Notes: generated from the sequence alone by a model not told the origin. DNA of 64,000 nt from an uncultured bacterium (GCA_963713925.1 OY970212.1:480001-544000); one strand, 5' to 3'; positions 51,100 through 62,033 are shown, counted from the first letter of the stretch. Program-made: numbers and translations.

Positions 51100-51419
51100 A
51101 TATTTATCAGATTATTATAGGCCCGATTATATCGTCAGATGCTTATAAACAAAATAAAACGCTCAATAAACTTGTGTTAAAAGTACATCCGAAAGCTAAT
51201 AAATCTCAGATTGCAGAAGCTTTGGAAAAACTTTTCAATGTAAAAGTTGAAAGAGTGAACACCAGTGTTCGTCAAGGTAAAACAAAAACGGTTCAGCGAC
51301 GTACGACAACCGTTGGTGTGACGAGCAAGAAAGCTATTGTTACATTGAAAAAAGGTTACACACTTGATTTTATCGATCAAGCAGGTAACCAGCCGATTGC
51401 AAAGCAAGAAGCAGCATAA
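51090..51419 (+). CDS. rplW: 50S ribosomal protein L23
   Basis: [30 protein letters not shown]. Confidence 0.96.
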   Translation: MDLNIYQIIIGPIISSDAYKQNKTLNKLVLKVHPKANKSQIAEALEKLFNVKVERVNTSVRQGKTKTVQRRTTTVGVTSKKAIVTLKKGYTLDFIDQAGNQPIAKQEAA

Positions 51420-51440
51420 TCGCTTGAGGATTTGAATAAT

Positions 51441-52262
51441 ATGGCAATAATTAGAAGAAAACCAAGAAGTGCGTCACTCCGATTTCAGACATTTCTTGAT
51501 TCAAGCGACATTACAACCAACAAGCCTGAAAAAGGTTTAGTTGTTGGGTTACGTAAACGTGGCGGAAGAAACTCTTATGGAAGAATTACTGTAAGACATC
51601 ACGGCGGCGGAGCGCTGAGAAAATATCGTCTTATCGACTTTAAACGAGTGACAAAGGACGTTCCAGGCAAAGTCGTTTCTGTTGAGTATGATCCAAATAG
51701 AAACGTTCGCATCGGACTTATTTCCTTTAACAACGGCGCTAAGTCATATATGTTGTTGCCGGATGGCCTAAAAGTGGGCAGTGTCGTTATGGCCGGACTG
51801 AGTGCCGAAGCAAAAGTAGGTAATAGTCTCCCATTGAAAAACATACCAATCGGTTTCCTTGTTCACAATATTGAAATTGTTCCGGGATCAGGTGGCAAAT
51901 TAGTGAGAAGTGCAGGATCATCAGCGCAGTTTGTAGCTAAAACGGATGATGGATATGCAACTCTTCGTATGCCATCGGGAGAAATGAGAATGGTTTCTCT
52001 TGATTGCTGGGCTACCGTAGGTGTTCTTGGTAATGCTGATTATCAAAACATTACCTGGGGTAAAGCTGGACGTACTCGTATGAGAGGTATCAGACCGACT
52101 GTCCGAGGTATGGCTATGAACCCTGTAGATCACCCACATGGAGGTGGTGAAGGTCGTTCTAAATCCGGTTCACATCCGACAACTCCATGGGGTAAAGGAT
52201 GCAAGGGAACAAGAACACGTGTCCGTAAAAATCGTCTTATTCTCAAAAGACGTAGACCATAA
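51441..52262 (+). CDS. rplB: 50S ribosomal protein L2
   Basis: GRITVRH, EYDPNR, AMNPVDHPHGGGEG. Confidence 0.99.
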   Translation: MAIIRRKPRSASLRFQTFLDSSDITTNKPEKGLVVGLRKRGGRNSYGRITVRHHGGGALRKYRLIDFKRVTKDVPGKVVSVEYDPNRNVRIGLISFNNGAKSYMLLPDGLKVGSVVMAGLSAEAKVGNSLPLKNIPIGFLVHNIEIVPGSGGKLVRSAGSSAQFVAKTDDGYATLRMPSGEMRMVSLDCWATVGVLGNADYQNITWGKAGRTRMRGIRPTVRGMAMNPVDHPHGGGEGRSKSGSHPTTPWGKGCKGTRTRVRKNRLILKRRRP

Positions 52263-52286
52263 TGATATTTCAAACGAGGAATTAAG

Positions 52287-52565
52287 ATGGCTCGATCAAC
52301 CCGTAAAGGCCCTTACGTAGAAGAATCTTTAATGAAAAAGATTCTTAAAGTAAAAGAATCAGGCAAGCGTGAAGTCGTAAAAACATGGTCACGCCGCAGC
52401 ATGGTGATACCTGAATTTGTAGGGTTAACCATTGCAGTGCATAACGGCAAAAAGTTTATCTCAGTATTTGTCACAGAGAACATGGTAGGCCATTATCTCG
52501 GTGAGTTTGCACCAACTCGCACCTTTAAGATGCACAGTGGGCAAAGACAAGCCGGAGCTGAGTAA
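52287..52565 (+). CDS. rpsS: 30S ribosomal protein S19
   Basis: [24 protein letters not shown]. Confidence 0.98.
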   Translation: MARSTRKGPYVEESLMKKILKVKESGKREVVKTWSRRSMVIPEFVGLTIAVHNGKKFISVFVTENMVGHYLGEFAPTRTFKMHSGQRQAGAE

Positions 52566-52660
52566 GCCGCATGAACCATAGAAATTTCTATGTGTACATA
52601 AATAAGCAACTGTGATAAGATAACTGTAGTATAATTTTTTGAATTAATGGTAATTTTCAA

Positions 52661-52993
52661 ATGAATTTTTTAGCAAAAGCACGCTATATCCGTATTTCAC
52701 CCTATAAAATTCGTCCGCTTGCGGATGTAATCAGGGGAAAATCAGCCGAATTTGCTCTCTCTTGGCTCAATACTTATGCTGTCAAGAAAGCAGTTCCTCT
52801 TTATAAACTGATTGAGTCGGCTGTAGCAAATGCAAAACACAATGGTAATGTTGCTGCAGACTCTTTGTATGTAAAAGAGATACGAATTGATCAAGGTCCT
52901 ATCGTCCGCTATTTTAAGCCGGGTGCTATGGGTCGCGCCAATCCGCAGCGCAAAAGATTGAGTCACATGAGTGTAATTTTGGAATCTAAATAG
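52661..52993 (+). CDS. rplV: 50S ribosomal protein L22
   Basis: RISPYKIR, SAVANA, GRA...SH. Confidence 0.97.
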   Translation: MNFLAKARYIRISPYKIRPLADVIRGKSAEFALSWLNTYAVKKAVPLYKLIESAVANAKHNGNVAADSLYVKEIRIDQGPIVRYFKPGAMGRANPQRKRLSHMSVILESK

Positions 52994-53012
52994 ATTAAGT
53001 AAGAGGTAACGC

Positions 53013-53645
53013 GTGGGACAAAAAGTTAATCCGATTGGATTTAGATTAGGTGTTTACCGTGATTGGGATGGTCGCTGGTTTGCTCGCAAATCGTATGGCA
53101 AAGAAGTATTGGAAGATATCCACATTAGAAAGTACTTGAATAAAGTGCTTGAGAATGCTGAAATTGCCAGAATTGAAATTGAAAAATCCGGAGAAAATAT
53201 CCGCATTGTTCTTCATACAAGCCGCCCTGGTGTTGTTATCGGTAAAAAGGGTCAAGAAATTGAATCTTTGAAAGCTGAGATAGCGCATCGCTTTGGCAAA
53301 AAAAATGTTGAAGTTTCAGTTCAAGAAGTAAAAGTAGCAGAGCTTAATGCCGTTTTGGTTGCAAAAAGTATCGCTGATCAATTAGTTAAGCGTGCAAGCT
53401 TCAAGAAAGTTATGAAACGTGCGGCATTGTCAGCAATCAAATCAGGCGCAAAGGGTGTAAAGATTTGCATCTCAGGTCGTTTGAATGGTGCTGAAATTGC
53501 ACGTCAAGAATGGGCTCGTGTTGGATCTATTCCTCTTCATACATTGCGAGCAGATGTTGATTACGGTTTTGCAGAAGCTAAGACTACCTATGGAATTATT
53601 GGTGTGAAAGTCTGGATTTGTAAAGGCGAGTATCAGCTTGCATAA
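53013..53645 (+). CDS. rpsC: 30S ribosomal protein S3
   Basis: [29 protein letters not shown]. Confidence 0.98.
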   Translation: MGQKVNPIGFRLGVYRDWDGRWFARKSYGKEVLEDIHIRKYLNKVLENAEIARIEIEKSGENIRIVLHTSRPGVVIGKKGQEIESLKAEIAHRFGKKNVEVSVQEVKVAELNAVLVAKSIADQLVKRASFKKVMKRAALSAIKSGAKGVKICISGRLNGAEIARQEWARVGSIPLHTLRADVDYGFAEAKTTYGIIGVKVWICKGEYQLA

Positions 53646-53663
53646 CGTTCGAAAGATATCAAT

Positions 53664-54095
53664 ATGTTGATGCCTAAAAAAACAAAATATAGAAAAGTAC
53701 AAAAAGGCAAGATGCGTGGAAGATCAAAAGGCGCTCGAACCTTGGCGTTTGGTGAGTTTGGTTTGCAAGCATTGGAACCGGTACGATTGACTGCGCAGCA
53801 AATTGAGGCGATTCGTGTTACTGTTTCACGTAAGCTTAAAAAGGTCGGTCAATTCTTTTTGAGAGTGTTTCCAGATAAACCTGTGACAAAAAAGCCTGCT
53901 GAAACTCGTATGGGTAAAGGTAAAGGGAATCCGGAATTATGGGTTTCTGTAGTTAAGCGCGAACGCGTTATTTGCGAAATTGCCGGACTTACTGAGTTGG
54001 AAGCGCGTGAAGTATTAAAAGCAGCTTCCTATAAGTTGCCAATGAAAACCAGATTTGTCACCCGTGGTGAACTCGCCGCTCAGGAAGCAATTTAA
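53664..54095 (+). CDS. rplP: 50S ribosomal protein L16
   Basis: [18 protein letters not shown]. Confidence 0.98.
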   Translation: MLMPKKTKYRKVQKGKMRGRSKGARTLAFGEFGLQALEPVRLTAQQIEAIRVTVSRKLKKVGQFFLRVFPDKPVTKKPAETRMGKGKGNPELWVSVVKRERVICEIAGLTELEAREVLKAASYKLPMKTRFVTRGELAAQEAI

Positions 54096-54107
54096 TTTTC
54101 TAGGAAT

Positions 54108-54314
54108 ATGATGAAACGCAATGAACAATTCAAAAAATTTCAACAAATGAGCCCTGAGCAATTGGGAGAACATCTCAATGAGCTCAGACGGGAACTTTTT
54201 AGTTTGAAATTAAAGAAAGTAACTGCGCACGTAAAAGATTATTCTGCTTTTGCAAAGTTGCGAAAAGATATCGCTCGTGCCATGACGCTTATGAATCTAA
54301 AAAAAGCCCAATAA
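54108..54314 (+). CDS. rpmC: 50S ribosomal protein L29
   Basis: ELRRELFSLK, LRKDIARAMT; operon position. Confidence 0.94.
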   Translation: MMKRNEQFKKFQQMSPEQLGEHLNELRRELFSLKLKKVTAHVKDYSAFAKLRKDIARAMTLMNLKKAQ

Positions 54315-54326
54315 AAGTGGGCAAAT

Positions 54327-54608
54327 ATGAAAGAACAAATGAATAAAACTACAGATACAAGTAAACGCGTATGGAGCGGTGTTGTTGTTTCTGACAAAAT
54401 GGATAAAACCATTGTTGTTGAAGTAGAAAGAACCTATCGACACGCGTCGCTTAATAAAGTGATGAAATCAGTTAAAAATTATAAAGTGCATGATGAAAAC
54501 AAGGTTGCAAAGTTGGGTGACCATGTTGAGTTTTTCCAGGGAAGACCTGTTTCCAAGACTAAATTTATGTACTTGTCACGTGTGTTGAATACGGGCGCAA
54601 CTCGGTAA
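54327..54608 (+). CDS. rpsQ: 30S ribosomal protein S17
   Basis: [24 protein letters not shown]. Confidence 0.97.
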   Translation: MKEQMNKTTDTSKRVWSGVVVSDKMDKTIVVEVERTYRHASLNKVMKSVKNYKVHDENKVAKLGDHVEFFQGRPVSKTKFMYLSRVLNTGATR

Positions 54609-54622
54609 TTTTGGAGTTTTCT

Positions 54623-54985
54623 ATGATTCAGAAACAATCTCGCTTAAAAGCTGCTGATAACTCAGGTGCACAAGAAATACAGTGCATCCACATCGTGGGA
54701 AGCACCCGTAAGCGTTATGCCTATATCGGTGATGTTATCGTTTGTGCGGTAAAAAAAGCTATTCCTGGTGGAATGGTTAAAAAAGGACAGGTCGTTAAAG
54801 CAGTTATTGTGCGTGCGGCAAAAGAGTTTCGTCGTGAAGATGGAAGTTATATTCGTTTCGGTGATAATGCGGCAGTGATCATTAAAGATCAAGAGCCGAT
54901 TGCCACACGTATCTTTGGGCCAGTTGCCCGCGAGTTGCGAAAAGGATTTCCAAAAATTATTTCATTAGCTCCAGAATCGTTATAA
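54623..54985 (+). CDS. rplN: 50S ribosomal protein L14
   Basis: [25 protein letters not shown]. Confidence 0.98.
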   Translation: MIQKQSRLKAADNSGAQEIQCIHIVGSTRKRYAYIGDVIVCAVKKAIPGGMVKKGQVVKAVIVRAAKEFRREDGSYIRFGDNAAVIIKDQEPIATRIFGPVARELRKGFPKIISLAPESL

Positions 54986-54994
54986 GGAATATCC

Positions 54995-55309
54995 ATGGTA
55001 GCTCGAATTAAAAAACAAGATACAGTGTTAGTCCTCGCTGGTAAGGACAAAGATAAGAAAGGCCAAGTAATTGATATTGTGCCTGGCAAAGACATGGTAA
55101 TGGTTAAAGACGTAGCTGTTAAAACTGCGCATGTAAAAGCGCGTGGTCGCGGCGAACGGTCCGGTATTGTGCGAAGCGAGTCATTTATTTCTTCAAGTAA
55201 AGTTATGCCTGTGTGCACCTCTTGCAAGAAAGCATGCCGAGTGAATGTCGTCACTTTGGAAAATGGCTCACATGCGCGTGCTTGTAATTTATGCAAAGAA
55301 ACATTTTAA
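54995..55309 (+). CDS. rplX: 50S ribosomal protein L24 (CxxC/CxxC form)
   Basis: KOW VLAGKDKDKKG; CTSC...CNLC. Confidence 0.95.
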   Translation: MVARIKKQDTVLVLAGKDKDKKGQVIDIVPGKDMVMVKDVAVKTAHVKARGRGERSGIVRSESFISSSKVMPVCTSCKKACRVNVVTLENGSHARACNLCKETF

Positions 55310-55334
55310 CTGCTCCTGAATGTGAGGACATACT

Positions 55335-55880
55335 ATGAGCAAAGCTCGTCTTGAAGAATTATACACTGGCTCCATTAAGCCAGAATTGAAAAAAAGTCTT
55401 GGCCTAAAAAATATTATGGAAGTGCCAAAGATTTCAAAAATTGTTCTAAACGTTGGTGTCAAAGAAGCGGTTGCTGACAGTAAGTCGGTTCAGTCGGTTT
55501 TGGATGCAATGAGAAAAATAGCGGGACAACAGCCTGTTAAAACAGAAGCTCGTAAGTCTATCGCCGGATTTAAATTGCGTGAAGGTATGCCAATTGGTGT
55601 TAAAGTTACTTTGCGTGGAGACAGAATGTATGAGTTCTTAGATAAACTCATCAGTTTAGCTCTTCCTAAGGTTCGTGACTTCCAAGGTGTTCCTACTAAA
55701 TTTGACCGTGGTGGTAACTATAATCTCGGTATTAAAGAGTGGACGATATTCCCTGAATTAGATATGCAATTCAGTGAAAAAGTTCATGGTATGAATATAA
55801 CAATAACGACCAGCACAAAAAACGATGCGCATGCTTTCGAGCTTTTGAAAAGCTTCGGTATGCCATTCCGTAAGCAATAG
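55335..55880 (+). CDS. rplE: 50S ribosomal protein L5
   Basis: [26 protein letters not shown]. Confidence 0.98.
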   Translation: MSKARLEELYTGSIKPELKKSLGLKNIMEVPKISKIVLNVGVKEAVADSKSVQSVLDAMRKIAGQQPVKTEARKSIAGFKLREGMPIGVKVTLRGDRMYEFLDKLISLALPKVRDFQGVPTKFDRGGNYNLGIKEWTIFPELDMQFSEKVHGMNITITTSTKNDAHAFELLKSFGMPFRKQ

Positions 55881-55888
55881 GAAAACGC

Positions 55889-56074
55889 ATGGCAAGAAAA
55901 GCTTTGATAGAAAAATCGAATCGTACGCCGAAGTTTGCGGTACGTGCTCGTAATAGATGCAAGTTGTGTGGGCGTCCACGTGGATATATGAGAATATTCA
56001 TGATGTGTCGTCTTTGCTTTAGAAAAAATGCGCTTGAAGGAGCACTTCCAGGCGTTAAGAAAACCAGCTGGTAA
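55889..56074 (+). CDS. rpsN: 30S ribosomal protein S14 (short zinc-binding type Z)
   Basis: [24 protein letters not shown]. Confidence 0.97.
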   Translation: MARKALIEKSNRTPKFAVRARNRCKLCGRPRGYMRIFMMCRLCFRKNALEGALPGVKKTSW

Positions 56075-56091
56075 GATTTGAGAGGTTTATA

Positions 56092-56484
56092 ATGTCAATT
56101 GATATAATTGGAAATTTCCTGACAATAATTCGTAATGGTATTATGTCATCCAAGTCGTTCGTCTTGGCTCCATATTCAAAAGTAAATCTTGCAATTGCTG
56201 ACATTTTGAAGCAAGAAGGCTTTATCAATGAATATGATTCAATCGATGAATCCGGCAAAAAGATGATTAGGGTAACTCTTCGATATGTTGATGGTGAATC
56301 AGCAATTCATGAATTAACAAGAGTGAGCAAGCCTTCATCGCGTCGATATAACAGTATTAAAAACGTAAGACCTGTCATTGGTGGTTTGGGTATTTCGATA
56401 TTAACTACCAATAAAGGGATCATCTCTAACAGAACGGCACAAAAGCTCAATGTTGGCGGTGAAGTGATTTGCACCGTTTGGTAA
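56092..56484 (+). CDS. rpsH: 30S ribosomal protein S8
   Basis: LTIIRNG, SKPSSR, GGEVICTVW. Confidence 0.97.
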   Translation: MSIDIIGNFLTIIRNGIMSSKSFVLAPYSKVNLAIADILKQEGFINEYDSIDESGKKMIRVTLRYVDGESAIHELTRVSKPSSRRYNSIKNVRPVIGGLGISILTTNKGIISNRTAQKLNVGGEVICTVW

Positions 56485-56494
56485 GGATACCCTA

Positions 56495-57052
56495 ATGTCA
56501 AAGATTGGAAGAAGACCGATTGATCTTGGAACTACTTCTGTTGAAGTGAAAGGTCAAGAGGTACTATATAAAGGTAAAAGTAAGTCAGGTTCCTTCAAAC
56601 TTCCTGAACAATTGAAAGCAACTGTTGCTGACAATAGGCTTACATTGAATCTTAACGAATCTGTAAAAAGTAAACATTCTCTCAGAGGTGTGAGTCGTAT
56701 ATGGGGGCTCAATAGAGCGCTTCTTTTCAATATGATTCATGGTGCTGAAAAGCCGTTTGAGAAAAAACTTGAAATTAATGGTCTTGGATTTAAGGCGGTA
56801 GCCGCAGGTTCAAAAGTGACCTTTACTCTCGGATTTAGTCATAAAATTGATTTTAATTTACCTGAATCAGTTTCGATTGAAATCGACAAAACGGGACAAA
56901 AATTAGTTCTTAAATCAACAAACAAAGAACTTTTGGGCCTTGTATGTAGCAAAATACGAGCATTGAGAGAACCTGAGCCATACAAAGGAACAGGGATTAA
57001 ATACGCTGAAGAAGTTATCGCTCGTAAAGCTGGTAAAACGAAATCTTCATAA
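56495..57052 (+). CDS. rplF: 50S ribosomal protein L6
   Basis: MSKIGRRPI, LGFSH, PEPYKGTGIKY. Confidence 0.97.
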   Translation: MSKIGRRPIDLGTTSVEVKGQEVLYKGKSKSGSFKLPEQLKATVADNRLTLNLNESVKSKHSLRGVSRIWGLNRALLFNMIHGAEKPFEKKLEINGLGFKAVAAGSKVTFTLGFSHKIDFNLPESVSIEIDKTGQKLVLKSTNKELLGLVCSKIRALREPEPYKGTGIKYAEEVIARKAGKTKSS

Positions 57053-57070
57053 TTGATTAAGGTATTTTAG

Positions 57071-57424
57071 ATGAGTATTCAAAAACAAAAAAGACAACGA
57101 TCCATTCGTAGGGCTTTACGAAACAGAAATAAAATTAAGGTTTCGTCAAATCCCCGTGTGTCTATATTCAAAAGCTTGCAACATATCTATGCGCAGCTCA
57201 TAGATGATTCAAAACATGCGACTATTGTAAGTTGTTCCACGCTCGAGTTGAAAGATATCAAGGGCGATAAGAAGCAAGCTGCACATTCAGTAGGAAAAGA
57301 ATTAGCGCGTCGTGCTCTCAAGTCCGGTGTATCAGAAGCTGTTTTTGATCGAGGCTCCTTCTTATACCATGGCAGAGTGAAATCACTTGCCGAAGGACTC
57401 AGAGAAGGCGGACTAAAAATTTAA
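57071..57424 (+). CDS. rplR: 50S ribosomal protein L18
   Basis: HIYAQLIDD, FDRGSFLYHGRVKSLA. Confidence 0.97.
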   Translation: MSIQKQKRQRSIRRALRNRNKIKVSSNPRVSIFKSLQHIYAQLIDDSKHATIVSCSTLELKDIKGDKKQAAHSVGKELARRALKSGVSEAVFDRGSFLYHGRVKSLAEGLREGGLKI

Positions 57425-57439
57425 TCTCAAACAGGAACA

Positions 57440-57976
57440 ATGAGTATGTTAAAACGTAAAGACGATAAAGATAAAGTTTCCACTTGGGTAGACTACGTAG
57501 TCAACGTCAACCGAGTTACCAAGGTAACCAAAGGTGGAAAGAGATTTTCATTTTCAGCGCTTGTCGTTACTGGTAACCAAGAAGGAAAAATTGGTTTAGG
57601 TCTTGGCAAAAGCAAAGAAGTATCGCTTGCTATTGCAAAGGCGACAAATAGAGCTCGTAAGAACACCTTCTCCATCCCACTCCGTGGCGCAACAATCCCT
57701 TACAACATCGAAGGTCATCACGGGTCAAGCCGCGTGGTAATTCGTGCTGCATCTAAGGGTACCGGTGTTATTGCCGGAGGAGCTATGCGTTCTGTTATGG
57801 AAGCGCTTGGTATTAAAGATGTTCTTGCAAAATCGCTCGGTTCATCTAACAGACAAAACGTTGTAAAAGCAACATTGAATGCGCTCTCAAAGCTTCGTAC
57901 TGTTAAATCTTTTGCTCTCTTGCGCAACAAAACTATTAATGATATTACAGGATCTGTCGATGCTAAAGCTGAATAG
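57440..57976 (+). CDS. rpsE: 30S ribosomal protein S5
   Basis: NRVTKVTKGGKRFSF, GTGVIAGG. Confidence 0.98.
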   Translation: MSMLKRKDDKDKVSTWVDYVVNVNRVTKVTKGGKRFSFSALVVTGNQEGKIGLGLGKSKEVSLAIAKATNRARKNTFSIPLRGATIPYNIEGHHGSSRVVIRAASKGTGVIAGGAMRSVMEALGIKDVLAKSLGSSNRQNVVKATLNALSKLRTVKSFALLRNKTINDITGSVDAKAE

Positions 57977-58424
57977 TATTACCAAATTGGTAAAAAAACG
58001 TAAAACGGTTGGTCGCGGCGGAAGCCGCGGTGGTACATCAGGAAAAGGCGGAAAAGGTCAAACAGCTCGTTCAGGCGGTTTACCTCGGATCGGATTTGAA
58101 GGCGGTCAAATGCCTCTGTTCCGTCGTTTGCCAAAGCGTGGTTTTAATAACTACGATTTCCAATATGACGTTGTTTGTGTGAACCTGCAGCAACTCAACG
58201 ATCACTTTTCAGAAGGTGATATTGTTGATAGAAAAGAGCTCATTGCGCGTGGACTTGTTGATATCAAGAATGGCGCCATTAAAGAACATGCAACAAAAAT
58301 TAAAGTTTTGGGCAATGGTGAATTGAAGAAGAAGCTAACGGTTCATGCAGATGCTTTCAGTAAATCTGCCAAAGAACGTATAAGTGCTAATGGTGGTGAG
58401 GCTCTGGTAAATAAGGAGAAGTAA
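57960..58424 (+). CDS. rplO: 50S ribosomal protein L15
   Basis: GRGGSRGGTSGKGGKGQTARSG, FEGGQMPLFRRLPKRGF; ATG 57960 overlaps the rpsE end. Confidence 0.97.
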   Translation: MLKLNSITKLVKKRKTVGRGGSRGGTSGKGGKGQTARSGGLPRIGFEGGQMPLFRRLPKRGFNNYDFQYDVVCVNLQQLNDHFSEGDIVDRKELIARGLVDIKNGAIKEHATKIKVLGNGELKKKLTVHADAFSKSAKERISANGGEALVNKEK

Positions 58425-58428
58425 AGCC

Positions 58429-59748
58429 GTGATAGTATTGAGGAACTTTCTTAACATATTTCACATTCCTGATTTGCTCAGGAAGGTGTTTTTTACTTTG
58501 TTCATTTTGTTTGTTTACCGCGTAGGAATATATTTTCCTGTTGTAGGCATTAATATTGAAGCTTTAAAAGAATTGATAGCTCAGGGGAAGGGTCTTGGGG
58601 GGCTCTTTGGCTATCTTGATCTCTTTTCAGGAGGGGCATTGCAGCAATGTACATTGTTCGCCTTAGGAGTCAGCCCATACATTACAGCTTCAATTATTAT
58701 GCAAATTCTTGGAATGTCGATTCCCGCACTTGAGCAATTGCTCAAAGAAGGTGAATATGGCAGGAAAATGGTGAATCAATACACGCGCTATTTAGCGGTT
58801 GGTGTCGGAATATTCCAAAGCTTTGGATATATCTTACTTCTCAGACAGATGAATTTAATTATAGACCCATCGTTTGGCTTCTATTTTATGTTCATTTTTT
58901 CTTTGACAGTTGGGTCGCTTTTTGTGATGTGGCTTGGTGAACAGATTTCTCTGTTTGGACTTGGTAATGGAAGCTCAATGATCATCTTTGCAGGGATCGT
59001 TGCCGCTTTTCCAGGAAATATCGCCAGAACCATTCACAGCGTATTCCAACTTGAATCGCTGAGCGGTTGGGTTGCTCTCTTTATCCTATTCTTTTTCCTC
59101 GCTATTACCGCATGTATCGTTTTCCTTGAAAAAGGTGAACGTAAGGTGCCAGTTCAATATAGCAGACGTGTTGTCGGAAACAGGGTATATGGCGGGCAAA
59201 GCACCTATATTCCATTCAAGATTAACGTTCCCGGTGTGATGCCAGTCATTTTTACCGGAGCTGTTCTGAATATTCCTATGTGGATTGCATCCGTGCTTGC
59301 AGACAGATTTGAAATATTTAAATCTGTTTCAATGGCTCTTCAAAGACAAGGAGCTCTCCATAATGTGTTAGAGTTTCTTCTTATCATATTCTTTTCCTAT
59401 TTCTATACCTCAACCATGTATGATCCAAATGAGCTTGCAGATAATATAAAAAAGAGTGGTGGATTCATTCCTGGTATTAGACCGGGCAAAAAGACTGCCG
59501 AATTCTTCAATTATATTCTTGGACGAATAGTGCTCGTTGGGGCGATTTATTTGGCTCTCTTAGCTCTTTCTCCTAACTTCCTCCAAGCTGTTATTAAGAA
59601 TATGCCATTCTATTTGAGTGGAACAGGATTGTTGATCGTTGTGGGTGTTGCTATGGATACGGCGGCACAGCTTGAGGCGTACCTCATTGAAAATAGATAT
59701 GAAGGCTTTTTAACCTCTGGAAGAATGAAAATGAGGGGAGCACGTTGA
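58429..59748 (+). CDS. secY: Preprotein translocase subunit SecY
   Basis: LFALGVSPYITASII, GNGSSMIIFAG, GFIPGIRPG. Confidence 0.98.
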   Translation: MIVLRNFLNIFHIPDLLRKVFFTLFILFVYRVGIYFPVVGINIEALKELIAQGKGLGGLFGYLDLFSGGALQQCTLFALGVSPYITASIIMQILGMSIPALEQLLKEGEYGRKMVNQYTRYLAVGVGIFQSFGYILLLRQMNLIIDPSFGFYFMFIFSLTVGSLFVMWLGEQISLFGLGNGSSMIIFAGIVAAFPGNIARTIHSVFQLESLSGWVALFILFFFLAITACIVFLEKGERKVPVQYSRRVVGNRVYGGQSTYIPFKINVPGVMPVIFTGAVLNIPMWIASVLADRFEIFKSVSMALQRQGALHNVLEFLLIIFFSYFYTSTMYDPNELADNIKKSGGFIPGIRPGKKTAEFFNYILGRIVLVGAIYLALLALSPNFLQAVIKNMPFYLSGTGLLIVVGVAMDTAAQLEAYLIENRYEGFLTSGRMKMRGAR

Positions 59749-59756
59749 ACAACAGC

Positions 59757-60440
59757 ATGGCGACACAGCAAGTATACATTTTCATGGGTCCCCCGGGCTC
59801 CGGAAAAGGGACCCTTTCCTCACTCTGTCGTGAAAAATTGGGGTGGCGACAGCTATCGACTGGCAACCTATGCCGGAAACATATTAGTGAGGGGACTGAG
59901 ATCGGTAAACAAATAGATTTTGCTTTGAAATCTGGTAAACTAGTTTCAGATAGTCTTATTACTTCAATGGTAATAGAGTGGCTTTCTCAGGATAAGTTCC
60001 ATGCAAGTCCTATTATATTTGATGGATACCCACGAACTTCATGTCAAGCACAGGAATTTGAGCAAACTATTCGTTTTGGTGACGGAGTGGTTACCTCAAC
60101 AGTTATACGGCTTAAAGTGAGTGATCCCATTATAATTAAAAGACTTTCGACGCGGTTTACTTGTTCAAATAGAGATTGCCAGCAAGTTTATTCTGTTCAG
60201 GAAGACTCTCTATTGCAACCGGCTATCAAAGGGATGTGTAGTAAATGTAACGGTGTACTTGAGCAAAGAGCTGATGATACTCCCGAATCGATTGTTGAGC
60301 GTTTAGCTACGTATCGAAGATTTGAGGGTGAGTTGCTTGATTTTTATGCACAAAACAAGTATCCGATTGTTGAAGTTTGTGTTGAAAAAACAATAGATCA
60401 AGTTTTTGATGAGTTCAAACAAGTGGTATGTTTAATTTAG
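59757..60440 (+). CDS. adk: Adenylate kinase (zinc LID)
   Basis: GPPGSGKGT, DGYPRT, RADD, Cys-rich LID. Confidence 0.95.
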   Translation: MATQQVYIFMGPPGSGKGTLSSLCREKLGWRQLSTGNLCRKHISEGTEIGKQIDFALKSGKLVSDSLITSMVIEWLSQDKFHASPIIFDGYPRTSCQAQEFEQTIRFGDGVVTSTVIRLKVSDPIIIKRLSTRFTCSNRDCQQVYSVQEDSLLQPAIKGMCSKCNGVLEQRADDTPESIVERLATYRRFEGELLDFYAQNKYPIVEVCVEKTIDQVFDEFKQVVCLI

Positions 60441-60444
60441 CCTT

Positions 60445-61197
60445 ATGATTACGGTAAAAAATAAGTTAGCAATTCAAAAAATGGAACGCGCGGGAGCTCT
60501 GCTTGCCGAGGTGTTTTCTTTTTTACCTGAAATAATCAAAGGTGGAATTTCAACCCTTGAATTGGATATATGGATTGAAAATAAATTGAAGGCCCAGGGG
60601 CTGGTGAGCGCGATGAAGGGCTATCATGGCTATAAGCATGTTTCATGCATTTCTGTCAATGATGAAGTCGTTCATGGGGTTCCCACAAAAACAAAAATTT
60701 TGAAATCAGGAGACCTTGTCAAATTCGATGTGTGTGCATCGTGGCAAGGATATTGCGCGGATATGGCACGTGTTTATTTTGTCGATAACGTGATTGATAG
60801 TCGCTCTGAAAAATTGGTAGCGACTGCTCAGAGTGCGCTTGATGCCGGTATAGCTCATTCCGTTTCGGGGAATCGTTTTGGGGATATTTCGGCCGCAATA
60901 CAAACAGTTGTTGAGGCAGCTGGTTATGGAGTGGTACGAGATTTTGCAGGACATGGTATTGGAAAAAATATGCATGAAGATCCTGAAATACTCAATTATG
61001 GAAAACCTGGAAGAGGGCCGTTGCTGCAAGTCGGCATGGCATTTGCGCTGGAACCGATGATCACAATGCATAGCTATAAGGTCGAGGTGCTTGATGATGG
61101 CTGGACTGTCCGTACCGTTGATCGTTCCTTGGCTGTGCATGTAGAGGATACGGTAATAGTATGTCCTGTTGGACCAAAAGTTGTTACAAGAATTTAG
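60445..61197 (+). CDS. map: Methionine aminopeptidase type I
   Basis: CISVNDEVVHGVP, GHGIGKNMHEDP, ALEPMI, HVEDT. Confidence 0.97.
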   Translation: MITVKNKLAIQKMERAGALLAEVFSFLPEIIKGGISTLELDIWIENKLKAQGLVSAMKGYHGYKHVSCISVNDEVVHGVPTKTKILKSGDLVKFDVCASWQGYCADMARVYFVDNVIDSRSEKLVATAQSALDAGIAHSVSGNRFGDISAAIQTVVEAAGYGVVRDFAGHGIGKNMHEDPEILNYGKPGRGPLLQVGMAFALEPMITMHSYKVEVLDDGWTVRTVDRSLAVHVEDTVIVCPVGPKVVTRI

Positions 61198-61210
61198 CGA
61201 TAGGTAAGAG

Positions 61211-61450
61211 ATGGCAAAGCACGAGCAGAAGCAAAAAGAAGATGTTATCAAAGTGGATGGTATAGTGAAGGAAACATTGCCGAATGCGATGTTTAAGGTT
61301 GAGATAGAGGGTGGGCACGAAGTCTTAGGGCATGTATCGGGAAAAATGCGTATGCATTATATCAAGATAGTGCCAGGTGATAGAGTTGCATTAGAGTTAT
61401 CACCATATGACTTGAAGCGTGGAAGAATTGTGTTGCGGTATAAAAATTAA
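61211..61450 (+). CDS. infA: Translation initiation factor IF-1
   Basis: [24 protein letters not shown]. Confidence 0.98.
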   Translation: MAKHEQKQKEDVIKVDGIVKETLPNAMFKVEIEGGHEVLGHVSGKMRMHYIKIVPGDRVALELSPYDLKRGRIVLRYKN

Positions 61451-61485
61451 TTTAGTCAGTATTCATACTTTTGGCGGAGACTTCT

Positions 61486-61602
61486 ATGAAGGTTAGAACT
61501 TCTGTAAAAAAAATTTGCAAGGATTGCAGAATAGTAAAAAGAGATCGAGTAGTTAGAATAATTTGTAAAAGAAATGCACGTCATAAACAACGTCAAGGAT
61601 AA
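61486..61602 (+). CDS. rpmJ: 50S ribosomal protein L36 (not in ORF track)
   Basis: Manual translation [38 protein letters not shown]. Confidence 0.97.
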   Translation: MKVRTSVKKICKDCRIVKRDRVVRIICKRNARHKQRQG

Positions 61603-61614
61603 GGAATATTCGGT

Positions 61615-62004
61615 ATGGCACGAATAGAAGGTGTTAATTTACCCTCTCACAAAAGAATTGAATACGCATTACCATATGTTTTTGGTATTGGACTAAAGAC
61701 TGCGCGTGATATTTTAAACAAACTTAATATCAATTTTGATACACGCGTTAAAGATCTCTCGGATGAGCATGTTGCTGCTATCCAAAAAGAAGTTTCTTCA
61801 AACTATACAGCCGAAGGAGAACTTCGAAAAGAGATCATGCTTAACATAAAGCGTCTACAAGAAATTGGAAGCTATCGCGGACTTCGTCACAAAAAAGGAC
61901 TTCCGGTAAGAGGCCAGCGCACAAAGACCAATGCTCGTACACGTAAAGGTCCAAGAAGAGCGGGTAGTGCAGTTGCGCTTAAGCGTAAGGTCACCAAGAA
62001 GTAA
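61615..62004 (+). CDS. rpsM: 30S ribosomal protein S13
   Basis: [29 protein letters not shown]. Confidence 0.98.
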   Translation: MARIEGVNLPSHKRIEYALPYVFGIGLKTARDILNKLNINFDTRVKDLSDEHVAAIQKEVSSNYTAEGELRKEIMLNIKRLQEIGSYRGLRHKKGLPVRGQRTKTNARTRKGPRRAGSAVALKRKVTKK

Positions 62005-62033
62005 ACCATAGTTTGTGAGATATAAAGGACATA

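Noticed and set aside
59786..59813. gggtcccc...gggaccc family A-like match in adk
   Set aside because: Encodes the conserved P-loop MGPPGSGKGT; codon coincidence
60706..61251. 181-aa minus-strand ORF and the many other short ORFs overlapping core genes
   Set aside because: Antisense or out-of-frame shadows of well-supported genes, with no recognisable motifs
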